DNA of 64,000 nucleotides from Octopus vulgaris (lineage: Eukaryota). The notes beneath the pieces are model-generated. The model searched no databases, was not told the origin of the DNA, and worked only from the letters and a program-made list of their open reading frames with translations. The stretch spans positions 42,656,001-42,720,000 of the forward strand of contig OX597823.1 in the NCBI GenBank assembly GCA_951406725.2, written 5' to 3'. The translations under genes were made by a program, and so were the position numbers. Positions 54,532 through 64,000 of the stretch are shown here, one piece after another; the stretch's first letter is position 1, and every line of letters begins with the position of its first letter.

Positions 54532-56071
54532 TCATTGCTTCAGTAGCTTCCGAGGACGACAGACGCCTTTCGCCTTTCTTGAGGCTTCTTGGTGCTGTAC
54601 ACCCGTTTCTCACTTGCTCAATCGAAACTCATGTCTGGGTATAGAAAAAAAAAGAAAAAAGAAACTGCTGTGAATATATCATTCACGTGTACCTCAGAAG
54701 ATTGTCGGGTTGTAGAAAACTGCATCAAACTGAAGTCAACTGAAACTGCATCAAATTGAAATCATCATCTGCGTATCATATAAAATGTATAAACATCGCC
54801 AGAACGCATGATGCTGTAAAAATGCCTAATATAAATATATATTTTGATGGACTGTCTATATCAAATTTGTTTTAGCAGGCTACAAACGGGTGCACGGCAT
54901 CGACAAACCTCAAAAAGGGTGAAATGCATCAGTTGTTTGAGTGACTCATTGCAGCGACGATACCCCTCTCACCCTGATATATTTCGCGTTTTCAACAGAA
55001 CGTCGAGATGAAGAAATTTTGTCTCAGACAAATCCACAACACCAAGCCTTTTAGCATTTTGTGTACATTTTGTAACAAAGACGGTGATGTATTTATATAG
55101 TATTAATAGCATATGGTAAGCATATATAATATTCTATGCCTCATATAACATACACGTGTTTTGATAAATTAACAGCCAGAATTACATAGTTACTCGTTGA
55201 AAATTTTGTGATCTATAAATTCCCCGCCTATCTTGTGGTTTGATGAACTGCGTTGTGCAGCTCTGGATCTGAGGGTGGAGTGTGAGACGTACTACTTGTT
55301 AAGGTTTTGTTTTAACAATCTGTGACTAAGATCTGCATTACTCCAAGTTTTTCAGACGTAAACCACTCTGATCCTGTGCATACAGTGGTTCTGAAATCGT
55401 TAATACAAAACATGCATACATACATACATACATACATACATACATACATACATACATACATTAATACATACATACATACATACATACATACATACATACA
55501 TACATAGATCGAGACAGACAGAAATGTATACACACATATATATATACATACATACACATGTACACATTTATATAATCTAGACACATATATTGTTTGCGAC
55601 AGATGCTGTCAAGGTAGAAAATAGCTTGTTAATGAAAGTGATTGTGGCTAAGGAAGACATTTAAGCAAGTTTGGCTTCATTGCAAAAGAAATTTATATCC
55701 AAGACTAAAATCATGTGTAGATCGGAGAGATAACGCGATGAGAGGTTGTCATAAACAGCAAGACAGAGGGAAGAAGGAGAATTATCATCTTGAGGGTGTA
55801 AAATGAACAATGAAAGCAGTGATATTAAAATACAAATATTTATATGTTCTATGGACATAAATAATTAAAAGAAAACTTGCAGCATAAACGCAATTCTTAG
55901 TGATTAGGAAGCTTTGTTCATGATCATCAATTCAAAGGATTTCATTTTTTCATATTGAAGTAAATATTTATATTATGTATATATAAATAAAAGTACAAAA
56001 TGATGACGTTTCCATATAACGGTTTTACAGTAAATATATTAGTATATATTCTGACAAGGTGATATTTTATA

Positions 56072-56139
<68 letters not shown>

Positions 56140-56484
56140 GTGCATGTATGTATGTGTATGCGTCTGTATGTATATATGCATGCGTGTGTATGTATGCATG
56201 TATATATATACATACACGTGTGTGAGTGCGCGTATATATGCGTATGTGTGTGTATACATTTATATATACATACGTGCATATATATGTACATATGCATTTG
56301 CGGATTCTATGAATGAAGTATTACTTTCACTATTGGAGTAATTTCCCTCTATTTAACGGTTTTTTCATAGCGTTTTGTCTTAATAGCTGATGAGACAACC
56401 AAATAATTGTCACATGTTATATTTATAGATAAATTCCTCTATTTTATATAATATCGTGGTCACATTCATTCTTTTTGTCTTCTT

Positions 56485-56592
<108 letters not shown>

Positions 56593-57499
56593 AATACTAA
56601 TAATAATATATATATATATATATATATCTGTCTACCTATCTACCTACGTATTTACTTACCTACCTATCTATTTACCTACCTACCAACCTACCTACTTTCT
56701 TACCTATCTAGCTAGCAATCAATCTATCTTTTTCATTTTCCCTCAGCGTCAAACTAATATACCTTGTTTGTTGTTTCCTCTCCTGTTTTCGGCTTTTTTG
56801 TACATTTGAACCACACACACACACACACACACACACACCCAGAGTAAACCATCAAAAAGAGGAAATCCAAGAAAATACAAGAAAAGAGAAAATGAAATAA
56901 AATATTAATATACTCGACCGGTTTCAGTTATGCTAATCATGAAGAAATAGCCAAAGATAATGTTATAAATTCATACTATGCCTACAAACAACGGAACCAA
57001 GAGTTAAAAATGTGGGTAGTTTAACTGTGGAAATCCATTTTTAACAAAGTAAAGGATTTAAAATTGAAACTGAGATTACCTGTGCATCCAAAAACTTAAA
57101 ATGTATCACAGTTTGTTCGGGTTGTGGATACAGTTATATTAGTTAAACAAGAATTTCTTTCAGACGGAGAACAACACTGCATAGAGAACAAATCTATTTC
57201 CCCAAATATAAACAAAACCACTAAGGGAACACGTAAAGAGAGGTGTGGGAAATCTCCAACCAAAGTTCAAATGTTTTCCCTATATACCAATGCAATGGAA
57301 CAACTTCTGTAAAACAACAGTTAAAAAGCCTACATTTGTTGGAAAATATCAACCACGACTTTATATGAAGATATCACCAATTTAGACTATGTAAATAATA
57401 TTTCATTTGATAAAAATATATATATATTGCAACTTTAAGTTTCTGTGCAATTTCCTTCTATTTATATCATGAAATTTTCTTCGAACATTTTCACTATGT

Positions 57500-57541
<42 letters not shown>

Positions 57542-57546
<5 letters not shown>

Positions 57547-57874
57547 TCAGTGGTTAGAGCGTCGAGCTTACGATCGTGAGGTTGTGAGCTCGAATCCCGG
57601 ACCGGGCTGCGTGTTGTGTTCTCGAGCAATGTACTTTATTTCACGTTGCTCCAGTTCACTCAGCTGTAGAAATGAGTTGCGACGTTACAGGTGCCAAGCT
57701 GTATCGACCTTTGTCTTTCCCTTGGATAACACTGGTGGCGTGGAGAGGGGAGGCTGGTATGCATGGGCCACTGCTAGCCTTCCATAAACAACCTTGCCCG
57801 GACTTGTGTCTAGGAGGGTAACTTTCTAGGTGCAATCCCATGGTCATTCATGACCGAAGGGGGTCTTTACCCTT

Positions 57875-57876
<2 letters not shown>
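57542..57876 (+). mobile_element. Family-B tRNA-SINE, near intact
   Basis: A-box TGGCTCAGTGG (57543) and B-box-like GCTCGAATCC (57588), with a full body and TTTACCC tail; flanked by (AT)n. Confidence 0.9.
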
Positions 57877-57912
<36 letters not shown>

Positions 57913-58216
57913 ACCATGACCGTCATTTGCAAGTGAGTATGACCCAGTAACAGGTATCATAATTTCTAGAATTGTTTTAAGTGCCTGCGTAGTCACGAAC
58001 AGATATAGACACACTGTTGGTCTTTCTACATTTGGCCCATTGGAATATGTAGAGTATGTTACATCAGGAGGAAAAGGGACTGCAATACTAATCAGTGCTA
58101 CTAAATGTTCCCTCCATAGACTAGAGCAACGCGGAATGAAATCTGTTGTACAAGTTCCAGATGAGTTGCCTGATTTAGGAGACGAGCCCACAAGATAATT
58201 ATCGTGATTATAACAC

Positions 58217-58250
<34 letters not shown>

Positions 58251-59409
58251 TGTATGTATGTATGTATGTATGTATGTATGTATGTATGTATGTATGTATG
58301 TATGTGCGCGTATGTATGTGCGTGTATGTGTGTATGTGTGTGCGTGCGTGTGTGTCTTGCGTGCTTGTGTGAGTGCATGTATTCATGTATGTATTTATAT
58401 GTATGTATATATATTTTTAGATATACCTTATGTTTCTCGAACCCTAGAACTCTTAAGGCCGATTACCCAGGCTCTATGGTGTATAGTGTATAAATGGCCG
58501 AAATTGTAATATTGTCCCTGAAAAATATGCCCTTCTCTTTCGGAGTTCAATGCCAGAAATCTTTTGATGACATCGACGACTTGACTGGTACATTGTTATA
58601 TCGACTCTGTCGAAGTGACGAAAGTTAAAGTTAAGCTAGCTGGGATTTGAAATCAGAATATAGACAGCCTGAGGAAATGTCGCTAAGCATATATGCATAT
58701 ATGTATGTGTCAAAATTGGTATGTGTATTCTTGTATCTTTGTATATAAATTCCCGATTAATATTCCACCAGTTATTTTGTTTGGAAGATATATAAGAGCC
58801 GGCCTTTATCGAAATGACAACGTTCCTTTGTTGAAATGAACACACGAAACACCTGTCTGTGAATATATGTATGTATTCTCTTTGCTTTTATCCTTTAAAA
58901 TTTTCAAACAACGGTCGTTAACGAAGGCGTAAGGTCTCTGCGATGAATTCCAAACAACAATTCAACAATTACTCGTTGAACTTTAGAAATATCTTGCATA
59001 ATTTTACTTCCCAGCTTATGAAGGAGACAAACTTCACTCAGTTAATAAGTGATTTTCTCCTATTCACGAATCTGCCGTCTTTATTCTATCGATTCTCATT
59101 TAATTCAACAAGCATTAACCTCTTTGAAAGGAATTGTTTCGTTACTGTTTATAGAAATACTAAAACTTTGGAAAGTTTAACTTGTTCTGAAATTGTTGTT
59201 AACAGATGAAATATAGGAAAATACGGATCAAAAATTTACTGCTGCCGTTTCTTTGACAACCCAGTATTATGCCACCGCCGATATGTATGTCCGGATGACA
59301 CGCAAATTCGTGAAGTGTTCCATATTTTTATATTCAAGATGGTGCCCCAGCATGGCCGCAGTCTAATGACTGAAACACAATACAAGATAAGAAATACTCT
59401 TTTTCTCTT

Positions 59410-59820
59410 TTACTTGTTTCAGTCTTTTGACTGCGGCCATGCTGGATCACGCCATGAAGGGTTCTAGTCGAACAAATCGACCCCCAAGACTTATTTCTTG
59501 ACTCTAGTACTTACTCTGTCGGTCTCTTTTTGCCGAAAGGCTTAGTTACACACCATCATACCAAACTAAACACACCAACACAGGTTGTCAAGCGGTGATG
59601 AGAGGAGGAACATAGGCACAGTGTCACACCCACATAGATTCATACACATATACACGATGGGCTTCTTCTTTCAGTTTCCATCTACCAATTCCATTCACAA
59701 GGCTTTTGGTTGACCCAGAGCTATATTAGAAGATAGTTGCCCATGGTGCCACGAAATGGGATTGAATCCGGTACGATGTGGTTGGGAAGCCAGCTTCTTA
59801 CTTTACAGCTACGCTGCACC
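59410..59820 (-). mobile_element. Family-A SINE, full length and decayed
   Basis: Reverse complement of the head, body and tail seen at 3198. Confidence 0.85.
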
Positions 59821-60814
59821 TATTTATATTTATATCATAGGGAACAAGTCATGAGCTCATAAGGCCGGGTTTTCAGATTCTGTGGCGCATATATTCCAGA
59901 AGTGGACCGGAAATGGTTTGTCGCAAAATTATTCAATTTTGCTAGCTGAATGACCCGGAAGAACGTGAAGAACGTGAAATGAAGTCAACCGGCAGGGCAT
60001 CTAGGAGTAGACCAAGAACGAGACAGTTGGTCACGCTCGGAAATCTATTCAGAAAACGTAAAGATGGTTACAACTAATAGGACTCTGGCGGAGTCCACGA
60101 CCTTACATAGAATCGTGGGGGAGGAAAACAGCTGGATAGAAGACAACAACTAGAAGTGTTTAGTATATAACTGGGATTAGAATATATATAAAATTGTATG
60201 TAAAGAAATTTAGAAAGCAAATGTGGACTCGTTTATCTCAAATACAGACAGTTCGGAAGATTCTGTTTAATAGTATGAATGAATAGTTAACACGTATACT
60301 TTTCTTTAGAATCTATGTATAGAAATTGATGTATAAAAGACATTAGGCTTGTATATGCAACACATGAGTGATTAACCATGGTTGTTTTAAACTGTTTAAG
60401 CTACAAACAATTCTTCAATATACAGTTTTGGAATATTAATAAGTTTTCTGTTCGTTTTGTCGTGAATACATCTCAATACAAATGGCTACCTTTTCCAACC
60501 AGATGATACCAAATATGGTGTTAGATGGACGCACGAGAGAGACATTGTACGAGAAGGCGTATACGTACACTTGTACTCACAAACTCACATGCATAAAAGC
60601 AAACGTACACACACACATACACAAGAAAGGATGCTTGTTATATTTTTACAATTTTTATTTAAATTAAAAATATATGACAGCACTTTTGTTAAAATGAAAT
60701 TTTTGAGAGATTACTTTTGGGGTTTTTGTTTCAGAAAATGTTTGAAACTATTCTAAATGCACATAGTTAAAAACAAACTCACTGGCGCCAAATACGAAAC
60801 AATTCTGCGTATGG

Positions 60815-60858
<44 letters not shown>

Positions 60859-60913
60859 TATATACACATACACACACACATATGGGCTACTTTCGGTTGT
60901 TCACACACGCACG

Positions 60914-60944
<31 letters not shown>

Positions 60945-61010
60945 GTTCTTCAAGGAGTTTCAGCCGTTACTAATAAATTGCTAACGTTATTTCGTCGAGT
61001 TAATGACTGA

Positions 61011-61056
<46 letters not shown>

Positions 61057-61139
61057 TGAGAGAGAGAGGTGTGAGTGTGTGTGTCTGTGTGTGTTTCTTG
61101 TTCTCGGCAATTCTCTTGTATTTATTTGGCATAGAATAT

Positions 61140-62057
61140 CATGTTAGTGGTTCCACTGGATGTTCGGAAAACACAGGGATTCTAGGACTTTATTCCAAAA
61201 TGACCAGGAGACATTTCTTGAGTATTAGAGCAAATATATTTCCTACAATACTACGTAACGAGATTCCACGACACTTTCCACAAGTTTTTTCCTTTTCTTC
61301 TATGATCTAGAAAAGACTATCGACAGTGTACCGAGACCAGGTATGTGGATAGTCCTTGATCGTTTCGGATGTCCTGATCATTTTGTCTCCCTGCTCCAAG
61401 CCCTGTACGATGGTATGACCGAAGGTGTCTTTCATCATGATCAATTCTCAAAAGAATTCCTAATTCCATGCGGATTGAAAGAAGGTTGCGTTCTCGCTTC
61501 TGCGCATTTCTCCCTATACCTTGCTTCAGTGGTCTATGAACTTGTCCCGGATCAGCCAGAAGTGGATATAAGATATCGTTTGGATGGAGGACTCTTCAAC
61601 TGAAGTTTCGATCAAAGAACCTCACCAGTACCACGTGAATCTCAGAAGTGTATTACGCGGATAACAACGTAGTAATCATTCAACAAGCTATCAATAATTT
61701 CATCAGTATATATCAGCGTCTTGGGCTCACTGTAAATACTAAAATGCACAAGTCTTCGACACCTGAATTCTGTCTTTCCTGGCTTCAACATCACATCATG
61801 ATTTTGGGCACACCATTTGAGCATGTTAATCCCTTTGCATAACTTGAAGCGTTCTCTTTAACAAATGCAATCCTGAGCAAGCTGTGGAACGAAGAATAGT
61901 ATTGTCTTGCTCAACTTTCGGTAAACTAACAAAACGTGTATTCAAAAGCAACGATCTGACTTTGAAAACGACGATTAAGGTCTACCAAGCTGTTGTCATA
62001 TCTATGCTCTTATATGGTTGTGAAACCTGGACTTTGTATTGTCACGACATCAAAAAA

Positions 62058-62105
<48 letters not shown>

Positions 62106-62625
62106 AACCTCAAGTGGTTTGACCATGTCACTTTTAACTCTGTGATGGAAAGAGCGAATAGTCAGCGCCGTGAATCCTTAATCATCAAATAATGTCTTCG
62201 ATGGGCCGGCTCTGTCACTAGGATGAACGATGAACGATTTCCTCGTCAAATCCTCTTCAAGCGAACTGTCAACCGGGAAAGGATGAAGAGGTACCTCTCT
62301 TCGACGCTACAAAGGTGAGCTAAAGTTAACTCTGAAGCAGACAAGTTACGACCTCCTGGTTTTGAAACGACCGTAATCGACCGTCCCGAATACCGACAAA
62401 ACATAAGCAATGATTGGTTGAAAGAGAAGGAATAAGAAAGCAGGTGAAACAACGGTAACGGAAGGCCAGACACCAGTAATCACGATCGACTCCGACATTC
62501 ACATGTGACCAATGATGCCATCGTATATTCTACGCGAGAATTCGCCACCGCTATTAATGGTTCAAATATTCGTCCAGGAGGAGAAATCAATCTTTAGATT
62601 CGAAGGACGAACCGACGACACTGAC
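61140..62625 (+). mobile_element. RTE (BovB-like) LINE, RT and 3' region, decayed
   Basis: YDSVPRPGMWIVLDRFGCP...GLKEGCVLA...YRLDGGLFN, YYADN, and FGKLTKRVF...KVYQAVVISMLLYGCETW. Confidence 0.92.
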
Positions 62626-63326
62626 GAATGTCTTTCTGTCTGTCTGTCTGTCTGTCTGTCTCTATGTATGTATGTACGTTTCTTTGGGATTTGGTTGATA
62701 TACATGCGTGTTGTAAACATGTGTGTTCGTGCGTGTAAACTTGCAGTCGTATATGTGCGTGCCATAACAGAACATAGTTGCGTGTGTCTCATTACTACGT
62801 GTATGCTTTATTTGTGACTTAAGTTCCTCACGCCGTTCAAGTCGGTAGCAGGCAAAGTGACAAGGTATTTTAATTAATGACACTTCCCGGGGTCTGTAAA
62901 TATGTCGATGAGTTTAAGTGGGCACATATGTAGGAGTATGCACATATATTTATGCTCTGCGTGAATAAGCCTGTTTACCATTTAGGTGTCTGTGCGTAGG
63001 TGTATGTATGAGTGCGCATCATTAGTTATTTACATATGTGTCTTTTCAGATGCACGTGACCGAGCATTTGCATATATTCATTTGAAGAACCCCTGACACA
63101 GAATCTTTGAAATGTCTTTAATTTTTTTACTGTGCCGCTAACAGATTTAATTTGGAGGATGCACGATTGTTGCTCTTGCTCTTTCTTAGAAAATGTATGT
63201 GTATAAAAACAATTTTCATTGGGCACTGAAAATGAAAACCTTTCAAACAGATTGCTAAAGCCCCTATTTGAAAAAGAATTAATAAAAAATGCAAAGATTG
63301 AAGAAATGTGCTGATGACTGTGAGAG

Positions 63327-63353
63327 ATAATAATAATAATAATGATAATAATG

Positions 63354-63444
<91 letters not shown>

Positions 63445-63473
63445 AGGTGATGGTGATGATGAGGATGATGATG

Positions 63474-63546
<73 letters not shown>

Positions 63547-63575
63547 TAATAATAATAATAATGATAATAATAATA
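63327..63575. repeat. (AAT)n microsatellite
   Basis: Direct reading. Confidence 0.97.
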
Positions 63576-63878
63576 AGCAAATTCAGGAGAATATATTTCG
63601 AGGGTGAGGGCGTGTTTGTTATTAAAATTATTGAATAAAATATGGATGCAATTAAATTATAGTGAAAACATTAAGTGTGTATATTAGTGTAAATGCTTTA
63701 ATCATACACACATACACACACACAAACGTACACATACATCATATATACAGTGTATGTATGTACATCTAGTTATCCATGTATATATATATGTGTGTGTTTG
63801 TGTGCGTCTGCGTGTGTCTGTGTATTTATATCTATATGCATATGCATACATACATACATACATACATATATATATGTA

Positions 63879-64000
<122 letters not shown>

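Noticed and set aside
57542-57605. tRNA gene
   Set aside because: The A/B boxes continue into a multi-copy SINE body and there is no complete cloverleaf.
63026-63580. 184-aa ORF or host exon after TCTTTTCAG at 63049
   Set aside because: Half of it is (ATT)n, and the plus-strand frames after the acceptor stop within 16 codons; there is no recognisable protein.

Overview
This is AT-rich eukaryotic DNA saturated with microsatellites. The repeat landscape (tRNA-derived SINE families, (TATG)n/(AT)n/(AAT)n tracts, and CR1, RTE, Tx1/L1 and Penelope debris) points to a cephalopod, probably Octopus; this is an inference. I can support no intact host gene, so the window is likely intergenic or intronic, and nearly all ORF-track entries are microsatellite artefacts. 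Recognisable content includes three SINE families, four decayed mariner fragments, two non-autonomous Helitrons, a hAT-like MITE, and CR1, RTE and Tx1/L1-like LINE fragments. There is also an ORF1-only retroelement inserted in a SINE tRNA head, two Penelope-like fragments (GIY-YIG and RT), and a 2.6-kb bipartite satellite with a 10-11 bp period. Four signals stand out. (i) Type I hammerhead-ribozyme folds occur several times, including one in a 1.4-mer of a 360-bp unit (retrozyme-like) and hammerhead-shaped folds with non-canonical cores in palindromic elements, one fused to a Penelope RT fragment. (ii) The satellite is helically phased. (iii) The ORF1-only element sits in a tRNA-like target. 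(iv) Short local copy-paste duplications recur, often inverted. All alignments and folds were done by eye.
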